Part shown: piece by piece, positions 1 through 7,793 of the stretch | Layout of the letters: each line of letters begins with the position of its first letter | Numbering within the stretch: the first letter of the stretch is position 1 | IMG/VR virus record: IMGVR_UViG_3300020045_003931 | Span: 1 to 37,923 of that record | DNA from: a virus | Taxonomy: Duplodnaviria; Caudoviricetes | Strand: one strand, 5' to 3' | Length of the DNA stretch: 37,923 bases | Notes under the pieces: model-generated | Database searches by the model: none | What the model saw: only the letters and a program-made list of their open reading frames with translations | Told to the model about the DNA's origin: nothing | Made by a program: the position numbers and the translations under genes

Positions 1-493
1 CGCGCAGCAGTTTCTCGACAGGGTCTGTGGCCTCGTCGGGATTCCACGAAAACCACAGTTCGGAGGCCGGCTTGCGAATCGTGGGGCGCAGCATGTCGAG
101 CGATTTCTGAGTGGCGGCCTGAGCCTCCTCGAACCATGCCCGGTCGAACCCCTCTAGGGATTTGATCGAGTCCGCTGTATGGTTCTGCATCCCCTCAAAA
201 ATGATTACGCCGCCGCGTTTCGTCAGGATGCGCCGGTCCTGCACCTCGAAATAGGAGCCCGCGTTCAGCGCTTGGATTTTCAACTCCAGAAGTTTTTTGA
301 CCGAGAATTCGAGCGATTTGAGCGTTTCTCGCAGGCAAACATTGTCGAGCTTTTCGCGGAGGTTTTCCTCGATCATCAGCTCGGCGAAAAAATGCGACTT
401 GCCTGACCCGCGCCCGCCGTGAGCGCCCTTATAGCGCGAGGGCCGCAGCAGCGGCTCATAAACAGCGGGGGTCTCGATGACCAACTCAGTCAT
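1..493 (-). CDS. terL: Terminase large subunit, N-terminal part (truncated by window edge)
   Basis: Manual translation from CAT at 491-493 gives MTELVIETPAVYEPLLRPSRYKGAHGGRGSGKSHFFAE, a PBSX-type Walker A motif. It lies directly after the small terminase. Confidence 0.93.
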   Translation of the reverse strand, partial: MTELVIETPAVYEPLLRPSRYKGAHGGRGSGKSHFFAELMIEENLREKLDNVCLRETLKSLEFSVKKLLELKIQALNAGSYFEVQDRRILTKRGGVIIFEGMQNHTADSIKSLEGFDRAWFEEAQAATQKSLDMLRPTIRKPASELWFSWNPDEATDPVEKLLR

Positions 494-1016
494 GACCGCC
501 GACAATCTTGCGGATGATTGTGGCGATCGCCTTGCCGCCAGATTCGGCATCGCCATCTGCGCTGTCGGCGATCCCGAACGCCTGGCGCTCTAGGCCGATG
601 GCTGTTTTCTGGATGTCGGCCAGCGCTTTAAGGATTGTGGTGCGCCTGCCAAGATCGTCGGCGCAGCTGTCCAACTCCATGCGGTACTCGTTGGCCTTGT
701 CGCGGAGCGCGCGGATGTCCTTGCGATGCGCCCTTATCACCCCAGCCTGTAGCGCCGCGTTAGCCTCGATGATGTCGTGCTCGGGTACGTGGTACGCGAT
801 ATCACCCTCAGTGCGTACTGCCTCCCTGCGTACTAACACCTCAGTGCGTGCTGCGATCTGTGCGGATAGGTCGCGCGTCCATCTATCGCGTTTGGAGCGT
901 TTGCGGATAGCCCCCTCGGTGATACCGTGCTCTCCAGCGAGTTGACGCAGTGATTTGATCCCGGCTCGATACCCGGCCTCGATCAGCTCCCAGGTTTCTG
1001 CGGTCGCCTCAGCCAT
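486..1016 (-). CDS. terS: Terminase small subunit
   Basis: N-terminal HTH (WELIEAGYRAGIKSLRQLAGEHGITEGAIRKR) and LERQAFGI motif; overlaps the terL start. Confidence 0.85.
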   Translation of the reverse strand: MAEATAETWELIEAGYRAGIKSLRQLAGEHGITEGAIRKRSKRDRWTRDLSAQIAARTEVLVRREAVRTEGDIAYHVPEHDIIEANAALQAGVIRAHRKDIRALRDKANEYRMELDSCADDLGRRTTILKALADIQKTAIGLERQAFGIADSADGDAESGGKAIATIIRKIVGGHD

Positions 1017-1255
1017 GATCGTCAAATTCTTGACGCAAGAAAGCGCCGCCGAATTGCTTCGGCCGGCGAAATGCTACCAGGAGGATGTGAGGCACCATGC
1101 TGTCATCGCGACATGAGGTAGGGATATGGTATATCAACTCCCTGTATGACGCAACCCATTAAATAATCCCATGCCATTTTCACCAAGTTTTGTCTATGGT
1201 ATGGATGGACTATTGATCCGTCGATTTCAATAGATTTTTTTATTGCTCTGACCTA

Positions 1256-1284
1256 TTGACACTATTGAGCGTTATGCCTAATAT
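1256..1284 (+). promoter_or_regulatory. sigma70-type promoter of a small rightward operon
   Basis: TTGACA(1256-1261), 17 bp spacer, TAATAT(1279-1284), then RBS GGAG before ATG 1342. Confidence 0.75.
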
Positions 1285-1341
1285 GCAGTCATGCACTACG
1301 GGATACGGCCACCGACTAGGTCGAGAGATTAGGAGAGCAAA

Positions 1342-1551
1342 ATGACCAAATACGAAATCACCCGCACCGACATCAACAAGATCGTCGTCAAGCCCTACGA
1401 ATTCCGCGACGAGCAGGCCGCCCTCGGCGAATACATGTCCTGCCTGATGATCGCCGGCATCCTCCCGTACGAAGCGCCCGTCGATGATCTCGGCAACGGC
1501 TGCTACCGGCTTGGGAATGGGTGGGAACTTCAAATTCGCGCTGTATCCTGA
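1342..1551 (+). CDS. Hypothetical phage protein
   Basis: ORF with strong RBS (AGGAGAGCAAAATG) downstream of the promoter. Confidence 0.7.
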   Translation: MTKYEITRTDINKIVVKPYEFRDEQAALGEYMSCLMIAGILPYEAPVDDLGNGCYRLGNGWELQIRAVS

Positions 1552-1560
1552 GGAGAGTAA

Positions 1561-1827
1561 ATGATGAAAATGAAACATACGCCAGGGCCGTGGGAAGTCG
1601 CAGGGAACCTAGTCCGCACCGTTCCGGAGGCATCGGGGGGCGGAATGTGCGGAGGATTTCTGATCGCCGAGGTACCAATCTCCGACGAGAACCGGCATCC
1701 GAACGCCCGCCTACTCGCCGCCGCGCCGGATCTATTGGGGGCGCTGGAAGGGCTGATCATGTTCCACCTCGGGGAATTCCAGGTAGCAGCCGCACGTGCA
1801 GCGATCGCGAAAGCAAAAGGGGAATGA
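1561..1827 (+). CDS. Conserved phage hypothetical protein (KHTPGPW...NARLLAAAPDLL type)
   Basis: Common phage early-protein motifs HTPGPW and NARLLAAAPDLL; RBS GAGGAG. Confidence 0.8.
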   Translation: MMKMKHTPGPWEVAGNLVRTVPEASGGGMCGGFLIAEVPISDENRHPNARLLAAAPDLLGALEGLIMFHLGEFQVAAARAAIAKAKGE

Positions 1828-1949
1828 CCATGATCGACCACTCCACCCAATCCGAGCAACTCAACGGCCCGCGCATGCTGGTCTGCGCCATGGCCATCGC
1901 GGGCGTGTTCTGGGCCCTCGTCTGGCTCCTGTTCTGGGTGACCGTATGA
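1824..1949 (+). CDS. Small single-pass membrane protein
   Basis: ATGA overlap with the upstream gene; hydrophobic C-terminus MLVCAMAIAGVFWALVWLLFWVTV. Confidence 0.6.
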   Translation: MTMIDHSTQSEQLNGPRMLVCAMAIAGVFWALVWLLFWVTV

Positions 1950-2161
1950 GCGCCCGCCAATCCTCGGCCACTGATCGAGCCATTGCGCTGGTGCTCGCCG
2001 GGACGCATACCCGCTATGCCGCCGCGCAGCAGGAGGGGATAGCGCTCTCTACGGTGTATCGCGCGTGGCAGAGGGCAATACGATCTACATCAGCCAAGAG
2101 GCCCCAGCAACAGAGCGCTTCAGCCGTTTTTCGAGAATCCTGCACCGTTTTGCAAAAATAG
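1946..2161 (+). CDS. Small HTH DNA-binding protein
   Basis: ATGA-coupled; TRYAAAQQEGIALSTVYRAW is HTH-like. Confidence 0.6.
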   Translation: MSARQSSATDRAIALVLAGTHTRYAAAQQEGIALSTVYRAWQRAIRSTSAKRPQQQSASAVFRESCTVLQK

Positions 2162-2666
2162 ATTTCAGCCTGAGCAGGTATTCCCGCGTGAATTTCCGTC
2201 CCCGAGGGTGATTATCGAGAAATTCCTTTTTTGCCGGATCCATTCTCAGCCCGTACTCGACGATGTTCCCGCTCTTTTTTTCGTTGCACGACGAGCAGGA
2301 CTTATTCAAATTCCACAGGTGAAAACGTAGCGCCGATGACGCTCCGACAGAAATGTAGTGAGACGCGTGCCACTGACCGTCCCACGTTGAAGGTTTATCG
2401 CAACTGCAACACCCCTTGTGATAATCCCTAAGCCGGGCGTATCGATTGACATAGGTTTGGGCGTCTTTTGCTAGCTCTGCCAGAGATTTTACCGCCGTTT
2501 TTCTGACCCTAATGGCCCGATTCCGCTCCAGCAGCTCTTTTTCCTGGGCCTTTTCCCTCTCCACGATAACGAACCGATGGGCACACTCCGCCGAGCAGCA
2601 CTTGTGCGTCATTGAGCGCTTGACGAATTCGGCCCGACAGGTGCGGATGGCGCATTTGGTCACCAC
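2085..2666 (-). CDS. ninG: NinG/Rap-family recombination endonuclease
   Basis: AQTYVNRYARLRD...CCSC...WHASHY.SVGA...LRF...CSSCN..KSGN pattern. Confidence 0.85.
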   Translation of the reverse strand: MVTKCAIRTCRAEFVKRSMTHKCCSAECAHRFVIVEREKAQEKELLERNRAIRVRKTAVKSLAELAKDAQTYVNRYARLRDYHKGCCSCDKPSTWDGQWHASHYISVGASSALRFHLWNLNKSCSSCNEKKSGNIVEYGLRMDPAKKEFLDNHPRGRKFTREYLLRLKSIFAKRCRILEKRLKRSVAGASWLM

Positions 2667-2971
2667 GAAATCACGCGCGCAAGCTGGCGAAGCGTTTTAA
2701 CGCGAACGACGGTCCCAGCGTCGCTGTGCGCTTCCTTTGGATTTCTGCCCATATCGCATTCAAGCTCGTACCATTGCAGCCACTCGTCTTTATCTCCGAC
2801 AATTTCGCTCACTGCCACGGTGTAGGCCATCCACACATCAAACACCGGCCGAAACATTCGACATTCTGGCGGCGCGTCAGTCAGGGTTCGCAACGCTTCG
2901 TACTGTTCCATCATCGCGTCATGCCGCTGTTTCCACGCCTCCAGCCGCTTCACAATTTCGTCAATGCTCAT
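2660..2971 (-). CDS. Hypothetical phage protein
   Basis: C-terminal part of ORF-track 2660..3277; likely start MSIDEIVKRL with GGGG RBS. Confidence 0.6.
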   Translation of the reverse strand: MSIDEIVKRLEAWKQRHDAMMEQYEALRTLTDAPPECRMFRPVFDVWMAYTVAVSEIVGDKDEWLQWYELECDMGRNPKEAHSDAGTVVRVKTLRQLARVISW

Positions 2972-3289
2972 TTCCCCGCCTCCATCGTTTCCGCCAGTTC
3001 CTTCAACGCTTCCGCGTCCTCGGCATACTTGATCGCCGGCCCGGTTCCCCGGGTGAGGTAGTACAGAGTCGTCCCATCGATAAATGCTTTGACAATGGCC
3101 CACTCGCCACTGACGATGGCCGTTTTGCCGGATCTTGTCCAGATCAATCCACGCCCCCTTGGCCGACGGCTTCGCGCGCCTCTTCATTGCGAAAAAACAC
3201 TTCCCACTCCGCGGCATTCGGCGGCGTGCCAAGCGCGGCAAGCTGCTGCTGTTCGAGGTCATGTAACTCTCGCTCATCCATCGTTTCAG

Positions 3290-4072
3290 TCATACCTCAC
3301 CCCTCCCGCGGTGTGAATCCCAGTCGAATGTCACCACATCCCCGCCATCCTCACGCAACCTATCATAAACCCGCTCGCCCAGGTATTGCTTGACCTCATC
3401 GAGTGGCAGGTTAGAAAGCAGCAGCGTCGGCCAGCGGTTTTCGTAGCGCTCATTCAGTAGGTCGAAAATTAAGAGCTTTTCATTCTCTGTTCCGCACTGA
3501 ATGCCGACCTCATCGAGGATTAGCAGATCGGGCCGCGTCAGGGCGGCGATGGCTTCGGTTTCGCTTTCCTCGCCGTTACGCCCCCAGGTGTTTCTGATCC
3601 GCCGGATTGCCCGCATTACCGTCGAAAAAAGAACCGTCCGCCCGTCCCTGTGCATGATTCGCAGGCCAATCCCAACCGCTAGGTGCGTTTTCCCGGTGCC
3701 AGGTTTTCCGACGAATACGGCGCTCCGCCCGGTCTTCATGGCGACATCGAAGTCTTCGGCATAGGCTTCTGCAAACGCAAGCGCCCTCCGCTGGCCTTCC
3801 GTTTCTGCCCGGTAGGATTTCAGCGTCCTATCCATGAATCGATCCGGTATTCCGGCCCATCGAAGGGTGCCGTTCCATCGCGCCAGATCGTCGGCCTTTT
3901 TTCGTTCGACTGCGGCAATCCGGTCGGCTTGATCCTTCTCCGCCGCGCAAATTGGGCACGGCGACCAGAGTCGTCCGAACACATTTCGGCTTTCAAAGTT
4001 GCCATGTTGATCGCAAACATCCTGCCGTGGGGCGGACTCCCGCTGGCTCAGAATTTCGGCAATGTCAGTCAT
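3290..4072 (-). CDS. DnaC/IstB-like AAA+ helicase loader
   Basis: Zn-finger (CDQH...CPIC), Walker A GKPGTGKT, Walker B LLILDEVG, RVYDRLRE. Confidence 0.92.
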   Translation of the reverse strand: MTDIAEILSQRESAPRQDVCDQHGNFESRNVFGRLWSPCPICAAEKDQADRIAAVERKKADDLARWNGTLRWAGIPDRFMDRTLKSYRAETEGQRRALAFAEAYAEDFDVAMKTGRSAVFVGKPGTGKTHLAVGIGLRIMHRDGRTVLFSTVMRAIRRIRNTWGRNGEESETEAIAALTRPDLLILDEVGIQCGTENEKLLIFDLLNERYENRWPTLLLSNLPLDEVKQYLGERVYDRLREDGGDVVTFDWDSHRGRGEV

Positions 4073-4908
4073 AATTTCCCCCCCTGTCCGTAGTCGATTG
4101 CGGCGAAATTTTCCAGCGCCGGAGCGCGCCTTGTGCCACCACTCGAATTCGGCGGCAACGCCGCAGCCAGCCATTCCAGCGGCTGCAACGGCTTGGCCTT
4201 CATGCACTCCCGCAGCTTTTCGATCAGCATACCGTCGCCGTGGTGCTTTCGCAATCCGCCCAGGAACGACCGCGCCTGCTTCTCGGCCGTCCCGGCATTG
4301 GTCAGCAAAGGCACCCCGTACCCGAAAATGATCTCGTCCGGATCGGTCACTTTTGACGGCTTGCCGTCCGAAGGTTTACCTTCGGAATAGTCTTTAGATG
4401 AAGATGAAGATGACGATGAAGATGACGCATGTGCACGTGAGGGTGAATGGTCGGGTGTGGCCTTTGGTGCTGCATCTATGCCCCCCTTTGGTGAATGGTC
4501 GGGTGTGGCCTTTGGCGCACCCCCATGCTCTCCTCGAAGCACGCGCTTATACTCATCCTCAACCATTCTCGACGAATACCAGACCGGCCCAGGCTGTTGC
4601 GGAATCAGCGTCACCGGAGCGCCATTTTTCCGACCTGAACGAGGAATGAAAACCAGTGGGCCGCATTCTTCATTGATGTCTGCGCCCTTTAGGACGCCCT
4701 TCGAAATAAGGCCGCGAATCTTCTGTGCAGAAGACCCGATGGCCTGTGCAATTTCCTTGACCGTCCAGCGGGCAATGCCGTATGCCTCCTGGTCGTGCAG
4801 GAGGCATATAACATCAATCCAGATGCCTTTTTCTTCGTGCGTGCAGCGCCGCAGGTTGCTATTGGCCTGCCAGTCAGATGGGTAAAACTGGAACGATGGG
4901 CGCTTCAC
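4069..4908 (-). CDS. Phage replication initiator protein (YdaU/DUF1376-like N-terminus)
   Basis: KRPSFQFYPSDW N-terminus, low-complexity linker with repeats and poly-Ser, directly upstream of the DnaC-like gene. Confidence 0.8.
   Translation of the reverse strand: MKRPSFQFYPSDWQANSNLRRCTHEEKGIWIDVICLLHDQEAYGIARWTVKEIAQAIGSSAQKIRGLISKGVLKGADINEECGPLVFIPRSGRKNGAPVTLIPQQPGPVWYSSRMVEDEYKRVLRGEHGGAPKATPDHSPKGGIDAAPKATPDHSPSRAHASSSSSSSSSSKDYSEGKPSDGKPSKVTDPDEIIFGYGVPLLTNAGTAEKQARSFLGGLRKHHGDGMLIEKLRECMKAKPLQPLEWLAAALPPNSSGGTRRAPALENFAAIDYGQGGKL
4442..4515. repeat. 26-bp direct repeat (candidate origin iterons) inside the initiator gene
   Basis: GGTGAATGGTCGGGTGTGGCCTTTGG at 4442-4467 and 4490-4515, next to GATGAA microrepeats at about 4397-4425. 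Confidence 0.6.
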
Positions 4909-4981
4909 TTCGCCCCCTCCATCGCCTTAACGTGCCGCATCACCACAAGCAGCCAGAGATGGCGGATGTTTGTACGCATAT

Positions 4982-5086
4982 AAATGACCCCTTTGGGCAG
5001 TGCATCAGATTCGGGTAACGGGCGCGGAAGGGGTCCGCGTGGGACGAATCCCACCGAAAGTGACGCACTGCCCGAAAAAGTCATTT
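4982..5086 (-). ncRNA. C4/CI-like antisense RNA candidate upstream of the replication genes
   Basis: Long closing stem with two internal hairpins. Loop sequences CCCCTT and CCCGTTAC are complementary to flanking AAGGGG and GTAACGGG on the same transcript. Confidence 0.6.
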
Positions 5087-5191
5087 ATTCCCCTTCATGG
5101 TTCCCGTTACGGAACATTCAAAATAACAGAGCCGCGCCTATAGTTCAACTATAAGAACTTCCGCTGCAATAGATTTGCACTATTATGTACA

Positions 5192-5410
5192 TCACGCGGC
5201 CCTCCACACACAGATCCCCGAATCCAACTTTCGGACAGCGTATTGCTGGCTCTTGCGCTTGCCCCACATGTGCGCCGCGTTGCGTACTGACTTTTCACAG
5301 CGATGAGGGACGGTGAATTGATCGCCCACATCCATCAGCCGGAAGGGATAGCGGTTGCGCGTGCCGATAATCAATGTCGGCATGGGGCGGACGCAGATTT
5401 CAAAGTTCAT
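5192..5410 (-). CDS. Small conserved phage protein (YPF..M.VGD.F family), putative DNA binding
   Basis: RYPFRLMDVGDQFTV...GICVWR pattern. Confidence 0.7.
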   Translation of the reverse strand: MNFEICVRPMPTLIIGTRNRYPFRLMDVGDQFTVPHRCEKSVRNAAHMWGKRKSQQYAVRKLDSGICVWRAA

Positions 5411-5574
5411 CCCAGCCCCCTCCGAATAACCCGCACATGGGCGCGAATTGCCAGACGAGCCAGTGGATTTCTGCGGGCATGCCACAGCAGGCCGATGTAG
5501 ATTCGTGCCTGGTCGATCTTGCTCACGGGCTTGATGCAGGAGCCGTCGGTGTGCATGGAGGGCATGAGCTTCAT
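5407..5574 (-). CDS. Hypothetical protein
   Basis: Translationally coupled (ATGA overlaps) between its neighbours. Confidence 0.5.
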   Translation of the reverse strand: MKLMPSMHTDGSCIKPVSKIDQARIYIGLLWHARRNPLARLAIRAHVRVIRRGLG

Positions 5575-6002
5575 TCGGTCTCTTTCACGATCCACCTCGC
5601 CCCGCAAACCGACTTACACCACATCACCGGCTTGGCCTGAAGTCCTTGGGTTCCGGGATCGTCTCCGATTAGGAACGCCTGCATAATCGCATCGGTACAT
5701 TGCTCTTTGTTGAGATCGAGACTACTCCCCCCCAGCATGATTAGACCTGCATTCCCTTGGCCACGATCGATCCCCGGCATCAATCGCCACCCCAAGATGG
5801 TGCCGGATATCATATGGCGCCAATCATCTTTCGAGAGGCGGAAACCATGCCACTCTATCTGAGAGGCGAGGTCTCCGCAGGCCGCGTTGAGTAGGTTCCT
5901 TTGGTCTTGGGTCGAATACTCGTCAGCCCAGTTGCGGGCGTCTTTCCGACGGCCCATATCGTTTGAAATCATTCGGTTGTCGGTGTCCAATAATCTGTTC
6001 AC
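5571..6002 (-). CDS. ninB: NinB/Orf-family recombination protein
   Basis: STQDQRNLLNAACGDLASQIEWHGFRLSKDDWRHM...MPGID...MLGGSSLDL pattern. Confidence 0.75.
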   Translation of the reverse strand: MNRLLDTDNRMISNDMGRRKDARNWADEYSTQDQRNLLNAACGDLASQIEWHGFRLSKDDWRHMISGTILGWRLMPGIDRGQGNAGLIMLGGSSLDLNKEQCTDAIMQAFLIGDDPGTQGLQAKPVMWCKSVCGARWIVKETE

Positions 6003-6014
6003 TGTCGATTTTGG

Positions 6015-6033
6015 GGTCTACTTCACGTTATGT
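6015..6033 (+). other. attI-like (array-head) recombination site of the left array
   Basis: GGTCTAC-TTCAC-G|TTATGT: core site with 5-bp spacer and no full attC hairpin. It is at the 5' end of the array in attC orientation and shares GTCTACTT with 17105-17112. Confidence 0.55.
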
Positions 6034-6272
6034 GTCAGCCGTGCATCCGGGTCCGCTCCAAGAATCGCCCGAACCCGCGCAACAAAATCCGCCTTCGTTT
6101 CTCCGTTATACGTCACCACGTCTTGCAGTGCGCGAATCGTTGCAGCCAGTGCGTCGGCGCGGCGCTTCTGTTGCCGTGCCTCAATCCGGTATGCCGTACC
6201 CTCACACTGCCGGCCGCATGTGTCGCCATCGAAAGCGGCATTGCGCTCAGTTTTTTGAAAGTTGTTCTCCAT
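6018..6272 (-). CDS. Cassette L1 hypothetical protein
   Basis: ORF fills the interval between the attI-like site and the first attC; ends THNVK inside the site. Confidence 0.65.
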   Translation of the reverse strand: MENNFQKTERNAAFDGDTCGRQCEGTAYRIEARQQKRRADALAATIRALQDVVTYNGETKADFVARVRAILGADPDARLTHNVK

Positions 6273-6276
6273 TGAC

Positions 6277-6335
6277 GGCTAACAAGTCATTCCACCGGAC
6301 GGCCTTCGGCCGCGCGGTGAATTCCGGCGTTATGC
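6277..6335 (+). repeat. attC site (59 bp)
   Basis: GGCTAAC-AAGTC-ATTCCACC...GGTGAAT-TCCGGC-GTTATGC; extra C in L''. Confidence 0.9.
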
Positions 6336-6542
6336 GTAGCCATTGAACTGCACCGGGGCATCTCCGCCGCGCGCCGCTTTGATCGCGTCAGAAAGCCCGC
6401 CTTTCGGCTTTTCCGGTGGCCTGAGCCATCCCCCGTTAATTTGGTCCGCCAATTCTTGCGCCGCCGCTTCGGTCATGCCTGGGTAGCGAAGGTGGTATTC
6501 CTCACGGCCGTTGTGAATGCACTTACAAACATGGATGCTCAT
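6330..6542 (-). CDS. Cassette L2 hypothetical protein
   Basis: MSIHVCKCIHNGREEYHLRYPG...; stop TAA is supplied by the core site. Confidence 0.7.
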   Translation of the reverse strand: MSIHVCKCIHNGREEYHLRYPGMTEAAAQELADQINGGWLRPPEKPKGGLSDAIKAARGGDAPVQFNGYA

Positions 6543-6566
6543 TTCTTTTTCTCTCAGTGGTAACCG

Positions 6567-6656
6567 GCCTAACAAGCCGGTCAACCTGACGCCCGGAAGC
6601 GGGGCGCGCGCTCTTCAACCTCTCCTGCGCGGGCGCAGGTTACCTACCTGTTAGCC
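6567..6656 (+). repeat. attC site (90 bp)
   Basis: GCCTAAC-AAGCC-GGTCAACC-TGACGCCCG...CGGGCGCA-GGTTACC-TACCT-GTTAGCC. Confidence 0.9.
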
Positions 6657-6947
6657 GGCATTGATCTTCAGCGCCGCAGCGTCTTGTCCGTCGAAATAGC
6701 CGTGGGTGTAGGCGTCCCCTTCTTCCTCCGTGGCGTAGGTGTCGGTGTCTGCCGGTAGGGCATCGGCCAGCATGTACTTCACCATCGCCCGCGCTTGCTC
6801 GGCGTGCAGTAGGTTTGTGCCGCTCGGCATCCCCCATTTCTCTCCGTATTCACGGTCAAACGCTATCCCGGCGTCAGGCGCAAAGTCCTTCGGCAGTTTC
6901 CATCCAAGGAAGCGATCTACCATCTTGTCAATCATCGTTTTGCTCAT
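6651..6947 (-). CDS. Cassette L3 conserved phage hypothetical protein
   Basis: MVDRFLGWKLPKDFAPDAGIAF...GTNLL motif; RBS GGAG; stop inside the core site. Confidence 0.75.
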   Translation of the reverse strand: MSKTMIDKMVDRFLGWKLPKDFAPDAGIAFDREYGEKWGMPSGTNLLHAEQARAMVKYMLADALPADTDTYATEEEGDAYTHGYFDGQDAAALKINAG

Positions 6948-6966
6948 GTCATTCTCCGTAGTAGGT

Positions 6967-6988
6967 GCCGGCTAACTCAGCGTTATGC
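6967..6988 (+). repeat. Collapsed/truncated attC
   Basis: GCCGGCTAAC-TCAGC-GTTATGC; the first 10 nt are the exact complement of the cassette start GTTAGCCGGC (6650-6659). Confidence 0.65.
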
Positions 6989-7411
6989 CTCATGGCCGCC
7001 GAGCATTCCGGGGATGCCGCAGCGCCCATGCAAGGAATTGCCGCGTGATTGTTGGGCGCGGTCAGGAACAGCCGTACTACCAGCGCCGACTTTTGGCGGT
7101 TTCGGCATGGGCATCCATTGCGCAGCCGCCATCTTCTGGTTGCTGTGCCAGAAAATTCCACCAATCCAAGCGCCATGAACAACCTTCCCGTCGCGAACGA
7201 ACAACACTTCTTGCGCCTCCTGCGGCAGTTCTTCGGCAACATCGCGCCATCGCGGCGCCTCTGCAAGTCGTTCAAGCAGGTCGGCGTGTATCTTTTCGTG
7301 GTAGTTGCACAGCTTTGCAAGCTCGTCGCGCTGGGCCGTTACTGCGGCGAGTTCTTTGCTGTGCCGCTCTTGTATTTCGGCGCAAATACGCTGGTGTGTT
7401 GCCGGGTTCAC
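6983..7411 (-). CDS. DUF551-like phage protein
   Basis: RWRDVAEELP...EVLF...QWMPMPKPP motif. Confidence 0.7.
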   Translation of the reverse strand: MNPATHQRICAEIQERHSKELAAVTAQRDELAKLCNYHEKIHADLLERLAEAPRWRDVAEELPQEAQEVLFVRDGKVVHGAWIGGIFWHSNQKMAAAQWMPMPKPPKVGAGSTAVPDRAQQSRGNSLHGRCGIPGMLGGHEA

Positions 7412-7587
7412 TTTGGTTCCTTTGCTCGATTTATCTTGCAGCGTACCCATTCGGCACCGCCAAGCCGCGCCAGCTTTTCCCGCTGCGCCGCCGTCACACG
7501 CAGGGAGAGCGTTACCGTGTCCTCCCCCTGTTTCACTGGCTTGCGACCCTGGCCCCTTCCGGGGCCGCCTCGCTTCGTTTTAATCAC
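7408..7587 (-). CDS. Small DNA-binding protein (RGG/GRKP motif plus ribbon-helix-helix-like), not in ORF track
   Basis: Manual translation MIKTKRGGPGRGQGRKPVKQGEDTVTLSLRVTAAQREKLARLGGAEWVR..., coupled on both sides. Confidence 0.7.
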   Translation of the reverse strand: MIKTKRGGPGRGQGRKPVKQGEDTVTLSLRVTAAQREKLARLGGAEWVRCKINRAKEPK

Positions 7588-7733
7588 AAATCCACCAAGT
7601 TTTCACGGGTCAGCTTCGCGCCCTTTCCTCCCTCAAGAGTGGCCAGCCCTTTTACTTCTTCCGCTATCGCTACGGCCCACATTGCATCGTGCTCTTGCTT
7701 TGCTTCATCGATCATTTTTTGCAGCGCGTTCAT
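7584..7733 (-). CDS. Small hypothetical protein (49 aa), not in ORF track
   Basis: MNALQKMIDEAKQEHDAMWAV...; RBS AGGAG after the promoter. Confidence 0.6.
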   Translation of the reverse strand: MNALQKMIDEAKQEHDAMWAVAIAEEVKGLATLEGGKGAKLTRENLVDL

Positions 7734-7765
7734 TTTGCTTCTCCTTGTGCGTTGTTGATGTTGTT

Positions 7766-7793
7766 ATTGTAATGCGTAATCAAACAATGTCAA
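7766..7793 (-). promoter_or_regulatory. sigma70-type promoter inside cassette L4
   Basis: TTGACA, 16 bp spacer, TACAAT on the minus strand, followed by AAGGAGAAGCAAAATG. Confidence 0.7.

Noticed and set aside
1267-1282. GAGCGTTATGCCT resembling the core site at 6978-6990
   Set aside because: It lies in a promoter spacer with no attC arms or cassette context; likely coincidence.
3290-4072. IS21 IstB helper indicating an insertion sequence
   Set aside because: There is no IstA transposase or terminal repeats, and the gene is coupled to a phage initiator, so it is a DnaC-like loader.
7040-7060. GTTGGGC core-like sequence inside the DUF551-like gene
   Set aside because: No L boxes or pairing arm nearby; treated as a chance 7-mer.
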